Shown piece by piece: positions 51,574 through 64,000 of a stretch of DNA of 64,000 nucleotides; the stretch's first letter is position 1; each line of letters begins with the position of its first letter. This DNA is from Spironucleus salmonicida (lineage: Eukaryota). The notes under the pieces were generated by a model. The model worked only from the letters and a program-made list of their open reading frames with translations, did no database searches and was not told the DNA's origin. The translations under genes were made by a program, and so were the position numbers. The DNA lies in assembly GCF_000497125.1 (NCBI RefSeq), contig NC_090601.1, forward strand, positions 1,054,001-1,118,000, given 5' to 3'.

Positions 51574-53445
51574 ATGTGGACCACGCGGACAGAGCGCTCC
51601 TCTTCGTACATCAAAATCAATAAAGACACCGAGAACATAGGACCAGGTAGTTATAAGACAAATACCTCGACTCTGAAAGCCTCGCGATACAATGGGTTCG
51701 CCCCATTCAACTCTCGCTCTAAAAAGACATCCTTTCTAGACGCTGCCGTAAAAAGAAGCTAGGCAGTTCCACCTGTAGGAAGCTACCAACCTATTACGGC
51801 CCCAACTTACCTTCGTGGTGCCAGACCCACGAACTCATTCTTCTGTTCTGCTACCTAGCGCTTTGTAGATGTAAAATCCACAGCCCCAGGTCCTGGAGAG
51901 TACTTCTAACCATAGGAAATCATGGAAAAACAGGACACCAGGCCGTACTAGTACATACACCTGAAAGACCAAATAGAAACTGTCAATTCGATTCCTTACA
52001 ACCGCCCAACACTCCAGAAGATGGACATCGAGTCAAACGAGCGCACACAGTGGATTTCGCAGACACAGAACATCCACGGCCCAGGACCGGGATTTATCGC
52101 CGAAAAGGCCGAAAAAATCGCCTCCGACATCGTCATCGTCCCAGTGGGCGGCGCGTCGACCTCTCTAGCGCGCGTTCAGCACTAAATGCCGTGGGCGAAG
52201 GCCCCGGAACGTATGAACGCAAAACCGTCCATTTTGGACCAGCAGCGCGGCCCTGCTACCTACTTCATAGGCCGCACCCAGGAGCCTTAATGCGAGAGCT
52301 CCGTTTTCACGTCCAAAACCGGTCGATTCGACTACATTCCGGACAAATCCGACGTGCACGGCCCGGGCACCTACGCGGTCGAGAACTACAACTCGATCCA
52401 GGCCAAGTTCTACAAGCAGAAACAGCAGCAGGAGCTGCAGCAGGAAATGCGCAGACGAGTAGAGAAAATCGAGCTCCTAAACTCGAAATTGCACCCCTCG
52501 ATCGGCCCAGGCGCGCCGGTAAAGCAGAAGCTCGAGGGCCGCCAGTTCTTCACGCCGAACGAGCTCCAGATGCTGCAGAATCCGGGCGTTGGCGACTACA
52601 CGAAAGAGTTCGTTTCGAACGATTTCTACGGCCTGAACGAGAAAATGCTCTCCCAGGACGCGCAGAACAAGCTGGCGCTAAAGCAGACGTTCCAGGCCCA
52701 GAAATGGCCAGAAACTGCATGCTCGATTCCCGAAAAAATCATCACGGACGGCGAGGAAATTCCGGCCAGAAACGTCCAGAAACCGCCCCAAATGTCGCTA
52801 ATTTCGAAGCAAACCGACCGCTTCGCCAGCGCCGAAAACGCGTCTCAGCTCGGCCCCGGAAGCTACGATCCAGCGAGCTTTTACGCGGCCCAGCGGCCCA
52901 AAAACTTCTCCCAGAGGCCCAGCAACGCGTTCAGCAGCAGCTACGACCGCACGGACCTCTACAGGCACGCAATCGACTCGGAGAAGCAGGAGCTCGTTAC
53001 GGAGCAGCACAAGAAGCGTTTTTTCGAAGAATAGGGCGAAAAGCGCCAAATCGGTGGCAACGAAACGGCGATTTCGTTCAATCGCGCGAAGTACAGCGGC
53101 GCGAACGCGAATTTGCAGTTTGGGAGCACGATCGAGAAGGCGCAGCTGAACACGCTGACGGCGGGGCGCGATCTGACGGTTCCGGGCGCCGGGGAGTACG
53201 ACGTGCAGAATCCGTAGTCGCGGATCACGACGAAAATCAACGGCTAAGACCGGAATTAGGACTATTTTGGCGCGATTCCGGACAGTCTGCGCGCTGAAAT
53301 TGCGGGCCCTGCGAGCGAAAAAGCTGCGAATTTGATGATCCAGAGGCGACTTGCTGAGACCGGTTTGGGGCCTGGGAGCTACAGCAAGCAGGGTGAGGTC
53401 GGAAAAAAGAGCTTTAATGCGCTTTCCGAGGATAACATGATTTGA
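51574..53445 (+). CDS. Sperm-tail PG-rich (SHIPPO) repeat flagellar protein (623 aa)
   Basis: Repeated IGPGSY, PGPGEY, HGPGTY, PGVGDY, LGPGSY, PGAGEY with F.S...RF linkers, in one code-6 frame. Confidence 0.88.
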
Positions 53446-54156
53446 AAATATATGTATTATTATATGTTAAAAAATTATATATTAATAAGAATTATATGAG
53501 AATATAGAAAAAGTGAGGTGGAAAGAAAATTGTGATATTGAAAATATATGGTTTAAAAGGATATTTTAAAGTCTAACATTTATAATGATTAACATTCAGC
53601 GAAACAGCTAAATTGGTGATTTCAAAGCGTTCCAGGAGTTCTCTATGGTGCCAGTTATTACTTGTATGGTTAACAGGTCTGACGAAAATTTTAAGTCTCA
53701 TTCTAGAGTAAATATTCATAATATGCGAAGTTTTGGGAAGCAGTAGTTTGTGCATGATCAGTTGGGGTTGCACGAATTGAAAACTGGCCTTTAGGACAAT
53801 CAGATGGAGCTAATAGACATCTAGTAAGCAGTTAACGAACATGCACTTTGTATTCAAAGTATTGAAACTTAAATTAAATCGCAAATCACAATTTTCAAAA
53901 ATTAAATTTTTCATTTTTTTTGGAATACAATGAGTTAATAAGGTCCTTTGGTATCGAGTTATTCATTATAAAATTTATACATATTGTATTAAAAACTATT
54001 ATGTCTTATTAGTATTTACTGTAAAATTTTTCTGTAGTAATTATTATTTATTTAATCAGTATTTAAGATATAAATACTTTAATTGATATGTTTTTATTAA
54101 AAAAAATATAAATATCATTTTATAATCAAAAGAATATACTATTTTCTAGGCTCAAA

Positions 54157-54534
54157 ATGAACCCCCAAATATTCCTACTTTCAAAGAAGAAACTGAGCTT
54201 TAAAGAAAAATAAAAAATAAAACCTGTATAACTATCACACTAGAATTTTACAATATTGCCAATAAAAGCAGAGGAAATAGCAACTGCTATCAATATGAAT
54301 AAATTTGCGTCATTTCGCATCTAAACTTTTGATACAGAAGGTAATACAATGATTGAAATGGCATAACTTGCTGAATTTGAACATAATATTGCTGTAAGCA
54401 TTAAAAATTTACGTAAGGTAGTAAAAATTGCTTTAAATCTTGATACAAAACTAAGAAGAATTCAAAATGCTATCTTTGTATATATGAATGCATATAACTT
54501 GATGTCATCATAGTTTTAGAAACCTATCGAATGA
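54157..54534 (+). CDS. Hypothetical protein (125 aa)
   Basis: Code-6 ORF MNPQIFLLSKKK...QKPIE* after caaa-ATG. Confidence 0.55.
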
Positions 54535-55367
54535 TAGAGTTACGATGCATACACAAAAATTCGGTAATGAAGCAAAGACTAAAATAACAAATGCATTGAT
54601 TTACCTGGTATTAATAAATTTTTTACAGATCAAGTGTATAATTACTGAAATTTTATTCATTTTTTAGTACTTGAGACTCAAGAATCGTATTAAAGTATTA
54701 TCTAATATAAATAGGGTATGTATTGTTTATTTATGTTTATTAAAATCTATTCATATTTTTCTATCATTTAGTCATTAAAAATCAAGAAAATTAATTAAAA
54801 TTATTAACCTGTAATATTATTAATATTGGTACAGAGAGTGAAAATTTTACTATTTTTAGCTGACATCACTTCTTTCAGTTAGGCTACTTATACTCTACAT
54901 CTTTTATATTTTATGGTTTTTATACCAATTGTCTACCCATTTTTAATTTAAAAGATATATAATGTTATCTTTATATCTAATTACTAGTTTCTAAAAATTT
55001 TAAGATTCAATTACGAATCATTAATCATATACGTTGTAATAAAAGTTTTAGTAAAATGTAATCGAACTTTACGTTTATACCTCATATTGTCATAAGTATT
55101 ACACTGAATATCATTACTCATTGGAAATTTGATATTAAATAGTTTTTGAAGTTTCACAAAATCACTAAATATCATGATTATAATCATATACTATAAAAAC
55201 TTTAAAAACTATAGTTATCATTACTTATTAATTTAAATTAGTAGTAATACTTTATAACATGATATTTTAATAAATATATAGTCATATTGTAGATTACTTA
55301 AAGTTAATTTTTTAAAATTGTCGTTAACTTAATATAAATATAAATTTACATACTTATACATTCAGAA

Positions 55368-55715
55368 ATGAAAAAGATTCAGAGATAGAATTCACGCACT
55401 ATGAGAACACTCCCAATAACGAAAAACTAAGGAAGCCTACCAATGATAGGTCTTCCCCCTATTTGTGTTTAGTCTTTCTCGTTAGCAGATTTGTTAAGAC
55501 ATGATAGCTCTAATAGCAACAGTTATTTACGTCAAAATAGTATAGATGATTCGTTGCAATTAACTGAAAGCTCCGCTTACGTTGATGATATTTTAAATTT
55601 GGAAGACTGTGAAGAGTATGGAACCCTTAGATAATTAATAGAAGACGATGAGGCAAATGGTATAGATCTAGTATTTTAGCCAGTACAAAGGAAATATTAA
55701 AGATTATTCTATTGA
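55368..55715 (+). CDS. Small DDSLQLS-family protein (115 aa)
   Basis: MKKIQRQNSR...IGLPPICV...SIDDSLQLTESS... Confidence 0.65.
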
Positions 55716-56043
55716 GAACTGAGTGATAATATATTCTACCACATTAATTATTTTAATAATAATTTATAGGCCTAATAGATAGTAATTGACTTTTTAGATA
55801 TTTAATATATTTGTTTTAGTGTTATAGTTTTACTACAAGTAAAACTTTACGTGATCGTTGTGATAATATATAACCTATAATAAATATTAAATTAAAACAA
55901 GTAGAACTAAATTAACTATATATAATATAAATGTATAGTTTATAATTCTACTGTTTTAAAGATGCTATGTTCCTCATATTAATATTAATTATTAAGGATT
56001 TTCTAATATTTGTTTTCTTTGTAGACTATTTTCGAATAAATTT

Positions 56044-56304
56044 ATGAAACCTGTGATGCGCTATTCAACAATCCATGCCAAACCTCGTATATAAGTTTCA
56101 AAACTTATAGTTGTTCTACCACCTATACATATAATTTCAAGTCGTCTTTAAGATTTAGTGGGAAAAGTTAACTCGCAATAAAGTTATCATTCAGAAATAA
56201 TTGATGAGTTCGACTCATTTTAGTTATCAAATAGTCAGTAAGATAAGAAACACCTCGATTATATCTTGAATTAATTTAATAGTTATTTAGAAATAGAAGA
56301 CTGA
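56044..56304 (+). CDS. Small DDSLQLS-family protein (86 aa)
   Basis: MKPVMRYST...VVLPPIH...EFDSFQLSNSQ...EIED*. Confidence 0.65.
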
Positions 56305-56845
56305 ATATTGATTATTTCCTCATTTTTTAGCAAAACTACCATTAATATCATAAAGAAATTAGTAGATGCATACTTTTTAGAGTTATAGACTTTTAAGTTA
56401 TGAAATATAAATAAAAATTGTTATATTCTAATTACTAACGTTAAACTGATGAACTCACTATTATTTGTAAAAAATATTTATTTAAGTATCCTATACGATA
56501 TGTAATGAAGTTTTATCATTCCTTATTCTCACCTGCGAATTAAATAATCATGTTAAAAATTAAGATTTTGATAGTAATTTCATTTAATATTATTATATTA
56601 TATATAGTAATATTTCATTACACTATACATATTTTCTATTTTTCATAACTTTACACTAGGCATAGGCTTCATCCCACCAGCAAGATAAACTTACAGCTCC
56701 TATATTTTTTGTTGTAAATTTTTATATTTTCTCGATTTTAAAGCCAATTTATTCATACACAGCAGTCTCAAATGCCTTTACCAGTTAAATATTGAGTATG
56801 GTAAGGTGGATTTTTTTTAGAATGTAAACGTGTAAACTTGGAGGA

Positions 56846-57208
56846 ATGGGGTACTATAGCGTGATGTTCATTTTATCAGTATTCTATCAATTTGGGTACT
56901 GTAAGAGCAGTGCCAACAGTAAATACCGCCAAACGATCCATTTCTCATTATTAAATTTTCTGGAACTGGAGTTTATTATAATTAAAATTTACTATATAAT
57001 AATGATATTTCAAGTTTCAAGAATTAGCGTAAAACGAGCGTTCGGTGTCCAATGCTTGACAATAGCATCAGCATATGACAAGAATATTCTAACATTTGTA
57101 GCACTAATAGTGTTAATTTTCTACTCTGGAGCGATGAGAATCAAGAGAATTTTATAGCAAAACTTCAAAGTAATGAATAGAGAAACAGGCGAAAAATCAC
57201 AATAATGA
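56846..57208 (+). CDS. Small multi-pass membrane hypothetical protein
   Basis: Hydrophobic ORF extended through TAG/TAA to TGA 57206. True start uncertain. Confidence 0.4.
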
Positions 57209-58159
57209 AGTGGGATGGAAATTTGCTGAGTTTCATTTCCTTACAAGGGATTTATGATATAAAATAGCATGTTTTTCTAGGGTTTTTTACCAGTTCTGGT
57301 ACTAGACAAAAATTCATCCGATTTCTTTCGTTGTGGTTTCTCAGCGAAGTGTTCAACAGTGTTATGACATGTTCTCCTTAACTATTTGCATGAAGGATGA
57401 CGTTTTTAGTTTTACAGCTGAATTTGTAATATAGTGGCTCAGGCAAGGTTCTGGCGAAACCGTTGGTAGAATCAACTGCGAGAATAATTACAAAATTAAA
57501 GATATTATGAAAACAAACCTGTAAGATGAGTTAAATAATTGTTGAACAAGGAAAAGTATATTATATCGTATAGAATTACTTCTATCTGTTCTAAACCAAG
57601 GTTAGACCCCTCGTTTTTGGGCGAAAATAAATTTAATTATAATTTGTTTTTCTTCGTATTCAAAGTATTTAATTCAATATTAAAATGAATTTGAGCTTCC
57701 CCACTTATATAAACGGCTAAATAGTTTATATTCTCTTGTTTATAGCGCATTAAGTCAACTACACTAGCCAACAAAATTAAAATACCTAATTATACAAAAT
57801 ATATAATATAGTAAAAAGTATACAATTTTACATATACTACTTCAATTCTATTACCATAATAGACGAAATAAACTATTTTGATAGACTGAGGAGATTCTAC
57901 TTTATTGAACGTCCTTGACAAATTTAAGTATAAATTTTTCCCTATATTTTATCATACTTATTATTATTAAATCAATAACACAAACTAAGCCCCATTATAC
58001 ATATTTTCTGATTTACTAATATATATTGTATTTAGTATCTAATATCGCATAACCTAGTTTCTTCACTCTCCGCTTCAATCTCTGAATTAAAGTTTGTTTC
58101 CATAATATAGCCAAATTTGCCCTTAAAAACAATATAAACGTAAAGCAAAACATCCAAAA

Positions 58160-59239
58160 ATGAACATAGACGCGTTATTCCTAACTGCTCTTGATTCCTC
58201 GGCCCCAGTGCTCATTTTTATCGCCCTGGGAGCCGTTTTCAACCTGGTAAATTTGGTCCCAGGAAAGCACTATAAAAGCCTCAACAACATAACCTTCAAG
58301 TTTGCGCTCACGATCTCCGCGATCTACACAATCGGCCGCCAGGACCTGACCGTGAACGACTTGAAAATTGTGGCAGCGCTGATCCTCGTGACAATCGTCG
58401 GGCTGGTAGTGGTGGCCCCGCTGGCCTTTCTTTACAAGAAGGAAGAGCGCTTTCACGCGTACGCGTCGATATCCGCGATTGTGCTGCTCAACAACGCCGT
58501 TTTCTCGGGAATTCCTGTCTTCAGCGGCATCTACGGGGCGACGCTGACGGACAGATTCGCGTTCCTCCAAATGCTCGTTTTGTTCAGTTTTGCGCTGCTT
58601 TTCATCTATCTCGCCTTCGAATACGCTGAAATTCAGACAGAATTGGCCAAAAACAAAGATTGCGCGCTCAATAACATCTCCAGCCGCGCCAGATTCGGCA
58701 AAACCTGCGCAATTTGCCTCAAAAAAACATTTCTACAGCCGCTCATAATTGCTATTATTATATCAATTGTATACAATATTCTGGCCCGGTACATCAAGTT
58801 TCTGGCTCCCCTTCCAATTTACCTTTCCAATTTTTTTAAGAATTTTTCGCAGATTTCCGCTCCTTTGGGGCTGCTTTCGCTGGGAATGTTCGCTGCTGAG
58901 TTAGTGAAGTCCAAGAAGAGCGCGCAGGCGTCGTACGCGGTGCTGCAGACGCCGATCGCAATGCAGATCGTCGCATTTGTCGTAATTTGCGTTCTGCGCA
59001 GCTTCGCGCTCCCGCTAGTCTTCCTTTTGATCTGCAAAATGCTCAAAATCGAAGAGCTGAGCGCAGAGATCAACGCCGCCATCTACTCCTCGCCGTCCGC
59101 GACGTTCTCGTACGCGCTCTGCGACGAGTACGAGTTCGGGGCCGGCTGGGCGGGGCTGCAGTGCTCGCTGGGAATTATTGTGAGCATGTTCGCGATACCG
59201 GTTATCCAGATCGCGTCGAAGGCGATTTACAGTATTTGA
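58160..59239 (+). CDS. Auxin efflux carrier (AEC/Mem_trans) family transporter (359 aa)
   Basis: About 10 TM segments. Motifs NAVFSGIP, QPLIIA, SAPLGLLSLG, LRSFALP, SPSA. Confidence 0.9.
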   Translation: MNIDALFLTALDSSAPVLIFIALGAVFNLVNLVPGKHYKSLNNITFKFALTISAIYTIGRQDLTVNDLKIVAALILVTIVGLVVVAPLAFLYKKEERFHAYASISAIVLLNNAVFSGIPVFSGIYGATLTDRFAFLQMLVLFSFALLFIYLAFEYAEIQTELAKNKDCALNNISSRARFGKTCAICLKKTFLQPLIIAIIISIVYNILARYIKFLAPLPIYLSNFFKNFSQISAPLGLLSLGMFAAELVKSKKSAQASYAVLQTPIAMQIVAFVVICVLRSFALPLVFLLICKMLKIEELSAEINAAIYSSPSATFSYALCDEYEFGAGWAGLQCSLGIIVSMFAIPVIQIASKAIYSI

Positions 59240-59884
59240 GGAGTGGAAAATTGAAATTGAAGTGAAATTTCGCATTTTTTGAATTTTTAGATTTAGCTCT
59301 AAATTAGTCTAGAAGAGCAATCGCTGGATTTGCGTTTCAGGGCCAAAATCGCCGGCTGCGACCCTTTCTGGACGTGAAATGAAAAATTTTCGAGTAAAAT
59401 TTGATAACATTCTAGCGAAGTGATATAACAAATGCCAATTTTTCGAAATTCGGAGTTTAAAAACGTAAATTTAAGTCTAATATGATATAATCAATTTTCT
59501 GTGGTAGCGAATTCTAGCTATAAAAACGACGTTATGGGGGCCCGTAAGATATGTTAGAAAGGCTTTTCAGCTACCTTTGCGGGACGCTGCTAGATGCAAA
59601 TGCAGTTTCAGATGATTTAGCGATGTGACTACGTTATATCAGTTGATTCTTATGCAAAACAGCGCTAGATACGATTTCGAGGGTAGTGCGTTGGAGATTT
59701 TAATCATAATTAATTTGAATTTATATTTGAATTCGATTTTTCGTTTTAAAATAAAGCGATATTAAAATAGAATAAGAATAAGTATTAATATTATAATTAT
59801 AATTAGTATTAAAATTGAAAATTAAAACTTCGTAACGTTGCAATCCCGACTGCATGCATTACATCTAATTCTATTCTATTCCAC

Positions 59885-59989
59885 CTCATCTCATCTCATC
59901 TCATCTCATCTCATCTCATCTCATCTCATCTCATCTCATCTCATCTCATCTCATCTCATCTCATCTCATCTCATCTCATCTCATCTCAT
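59885..59989. repeat. (CTCAT)21 pentanucleotide microsatellite
   Basis: Directly visible. Confidence 0.98.
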
Positions 59990-60094
59990 CTTATATCACA
60001 TTATATCACTCCATTCCACCCCCTCCAAATTACAATATAATGAATATTACACATTTCCCCCTTAAAATACAATGTTTCTACCCAAAAACCGCCC

Positions 60095-61276
60095 TCACTC
60101 AAACCCGAAAATTTGCACCCCGAAGCCCGCGCCCGCGAAGGCACCAAAACGACCGCACGCGCTGCTGGCGCCGCAGAAACAGGCCCCGGGAGCGACGACC
60201 TCGCTAATGATCCGGTCCTGCTCCCAATCGATGATTTTTACGGCATTTCCGCCGCTGCCGGCCCCGAAAACGAGGTTTTTGGCCTTCTAGTTGAAGCGCG
60301 CGGCGTAGACCAAAGTGGGATGCAAATTTTCGGCCGGCGCCTGCAATTCCTCGAAATGCTCGATACTGGGGATGCGCGACGTCTGTGGGATCTCGCCGTC
60401 CTCCAAATTCTCGACTTCCGCTAATTATCGTTATATCAGTTGCGAAAAATCGATTTCCGGAATTTGCTTTTTCACTCCTTTCTCGCTGTTAAAATGCACC
60501 GTTTTAATGATTTCCACGGGCGCGATTTGCTGGCTATTTTGCGCGTCGAACGCCTTCGAATAGTCGTATTTGACCTCCAAAATGTCCTTCAGCGCGCTCT
60601 GCAAATTTCGCAAATCGAAAACTTGAAGCGCCGCGCGCTGCCGCCAACTGCCGCAAAGCAGCAGATTTTCGGCCGAATCGAGCGAATCGCCACATACTTG
60701 AACGTCGTGTATACTTGATACGCTGTGGCCGCATCGGATGTCCCATATCTGGACAGTATTGTCCCAGCCGGATGAGTACAAGATGTTGTGGTTTAGCTTA
60801 TCAAATTCTACAGAAAAAATTCGATTGGAGTGGCCAGCTGTTTGGAGGACGTTGCTGCCTCCGCGGAGCTCGCAGAGCTGCGAATTCGTGTTTTCGTCGA
60901 AAATGCGGATCGCCTTGTCCTTGCCCGCAGCGGCGTAGATTGAGGCGTCTGGGGCGTATTTGAGGTTGTAGATCTCTGTTGGTAGCGTGAACGTCGATAG
61001 GATCGTGCCGCGTGACGCGTGCCAGCGCGTTACAACGCCGGCAGATGAGGCAGATAGGATCTACAGGGGCTCTGTTGGGGACAATTCTGGCTTGAATTGC
61101 ACGGACGTGATCGGTGAGGTGCCGTTCTGGAGCCTGAACAGGCGCCGCCCCGCCGCAGCCGCGTAGACGCGCACCGAGCCGTCCCCGCAGCCAGATGCGA
61201 TCGTGCTCGTGTCCGGTGAGAACGTGATCGCGTGCGTATCAGTCGTGTCGTCTGAAATGATCGGCCTGAGGTTCAT
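60095..61276 (-). CDS. WD40-repeat protein (393 aa)
   Basis: IASGCGDGSVRVY, AAAGKDKAIRIFD, GHSNRIFSVEF...YSSGWDNTVQIWDIR. One code-6 frame, GAG-TGA end. Confidence 0.92.
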
Positions 61277-62113
61277 TGGATTTTGAAGTGGAAGGTGTAA
61301 AAATTTGTTAGTTTGCATATAATAATAGTTGTAGGAAAAAAGTGTGGAAGGGATGGAGGTGAAGGTGAAGTTATATGATGTGATGTGAAGAAATTTGTAG
61401 AAGGATGAGGGTAAGGGTGTGATTTAGTGTTTGGATCGCTGAATTTATGTGTAGTAAGGCTGGGTTTTTTGTCTAATAAATAGTTTCAGGAGGACTGCTG
61501 AAAAATAATTTTTATGTAAATTCATATGAAATTGCGCATGTTAATACTATTTTAAATGGTTAAAGGCATGAAATGATATTAACTAGTATGTTATTAATGA
61601 TTAAAATAGATTAACCAAGAATAGATGTATTCAAATGATTTTATTTGAATAAAGCAGTGTATACGATACTGTTTAAATAATTAAAGCTGTAAAAATTAAT
61701 ACTTATGACATATTATTATTATATAAGAGGATATATTTTAAATATTAATTGAGTAAAAGTATTGTCTGATTAGTATAGGTATTACACATAACTATACTAG
61801 TTTTGTTATATTAAAATATATTTAACTAAATAATATGGATTCATTTTATATATTAGTATTTATGACAATTTATAAAATAGTGAATTTTATATCATATTTA
61901 TTACAAAAAATATTAAACTGTTAAATTTGTAATCTAAATTTAAATTATCCTTTATTATTTATAATAAATAATATAAAATATAATTAAAAAATGAGTGGAC
62001 ATTTTTGTTTATAAGTTATGTCTTCCTTATTCATTACTAGTTAAAACGCTTATATTTAACTTTAATTATTACCACAATGTATTAATAGCAGCGTTCATTT
62101 AAAATTATATATA

Positions 62114-63100
62114 AATGATGATCCATATTTAGTGTATGCATAGAATAAAGGTGTTACTTAAAATATTTCAGTAAAAATTATAGAATATAATCCTTTATTT
62201 ATACATTATGCTAAATTAGAGCTTATTGATGAGTAACATGAACATGTTATAATCATAAATAAAATTAGGTATGCACATAACCTTGCTCAATCCTGTTTAA
62301 ATTTTACTGATATAAAGATATCATCGACATAGGGAATGCTTGCATTTTATTTTAAAAGTCATACTTGTGCTAATGAAGTTATAATTAGTAAAATTTTTAC
62401 GCATTTTATACTAGATGATGGTTAAATTATGACTGATCTAAAATTAGCAAATCAGTTATAGGTAGGATAAATATCTAGTTTTTCTTGTAAATTACGTACT
62501 ATTCCAGATTTAAGTATTTAATAAAGAGTTGTTTTTCATTGTTGCTAGTCTAATTTCACTTGCTATCAAATAGAAAAGAATATTTTAGAGTTAAAAAGTA
62601 ATTAAGTTAATTTAGATATTGTATTTCAGATAAATCAACCAAATAATTAAGTATTCTTTTCAAATATCAAGTACAATAATGTTTTCTTAAACGGCTTTAA
62701 TGAAGTTTAAGTACAGAGTTCGAAATTTGTTATTGATGATATGTATTTTATCGCATCATTTTTATTATAAAATCCTGTTGGAGAAATAAATAATTATTTA
62801 GTGGAAATTTAATTTTATAATGTTACTTTATAGCTTACGTATTTATATTCTTAAGATTATTTTATCTTAGAGTGCGTAGAACTAGAAAGCATTAACGAAT
62901 ACACTTAGTGTGTTGAGGATATAAAATATTCTAAAAATATTCTAAATATTGATCCGACTTTTAATTTTGCTGTTACAATTTTCTTTAAAGATGTTAATAA
63001 TAAACTACTTTCTCGGTATTCAACTATTGCTTAAATTACTGAAATCTCACATACAGTATTGGATAAACATTATTTTCACAATGGTATATTCTATATTTTT
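62114..63100 (+). CDS. Part of a long AT-rich hypothetical (probably surface) protein, ends not resolved
   Basis: More than 300 codons without TGA in one frame (NDDPYLVYAQNKGVTQNISVKIIEYNPLF...). Probably extends both ways. Confidence 0.45.
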
Positions 63101-64000
63101 ACAACAAAATTTGTTGGATATGATATATAAGCTACAATGATTGGTGATATTAATTAATCAGTTACATTTTATGGTCGTGAGAAAAATAAATATTCATATA
63201 TCAATAAAAATATTTCTAAACTTAACAATAAATATGATGATATAATCTTCATTATCTAAGTCTAAGAAGAAGGAATTTAGATATAAACTAGATATTTGCT
63301 TCATTTTAATATTGAACCGAAATTGTGTTCGCCATTTATTATTTATTTTCCAATTACCCTATTAATGTTAGCTTTGTCCTGTTTTTTCCTGTAACCAAAC
63401 CATGATTAATTTTCAGAAGTATTATTTACTTGATTTTTTAATAATAAATTATCATAAAATGAAGTTCTAATTAGATTTGGAGCATTACTATTAAGAAATA
63501 TATCAAATTTAATTATTTTGATCAGTTTCCTAGTTATAAAAGGTTTATCTAAACATCTGATAAAAAATTAATTTGATAGTCTAAACTGATTTTTAATATA
63601 TCACTTTATTTACTTTAGATTATGATGTCTAATTCATATTGGGTGAGTTTTTATTTTCTATTTAAACTTAGTATCAAATAATTATTAGTCTTTATAATAA
63701 GACTTCATTAGTACCTTTAGGATTGGAAAATATTATGTATAGTGGTATCATTTCAAAATAAATTTGTCATCTTAATAAGTAGCAGAAGTAGATTAAACTC
63801 ATTATAATCTGTATTCCTAATAATAAATTTTAGGAGAATTATTTAAAATAAACATAATTATTTTAGAATAAAGTGTATCATTTAAAGTTAGATTTATTAA
63901 TTAAATCATAATAATTCTATATAATATGATTGCTACTGTTTCATGATGATAGTTGTAAATCAAAAACTTCTTGCTTAAATATATGTGCTAAGAATACCTC

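Noticed and set aside
52050-53297. 415 aa Arg-rich ORF
   Set aside because: Alternative frame of the SHIPPO-repeat gene.
59838-60065. ORF with SSHLI repeats
   Set aside because: Translation of the (CTCAT)n repeat.

Overview
Eukaryotic genomic DNA, most likely from a hexamitid diplomonad (Spironucleus/Hexamita-like). TAA/TAG encode Gln (genetic code 6) and TGA is the only stop, so the supplied ORF track fragments most genes. The genes I could read appear intronless, and many end in AG-TGA. The main finding is a ~7.5 kb AT-rich, decayed Polinton/Maverick-like endogenous virus (~3.4-10.9 kb). It encodes a protein-primed family B DNA polymerase and an A32-type packaging ATPase written in the host's non-canonical code, plus two orphan ORFs, and carries related GC-rich double-hairpin motifs between its genes. 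The rest is host sequence: a VSP-like cysteine-rich membrane protein, two families of single-pass surface proteins (one with mosaic, gene-conversion-like copies), an inverted duplication of a degenerate ARF-like GTPase, a truncated NEK1, MFS and AEC transporters, an MMS19-like protein, SHIPPO-repeat and WD40 proteins, a family of small DDSLQLS-motif proteins, a MITE-like inverted repeat and two microsatellites. All translations and alignments were done by eye, with no database searches.
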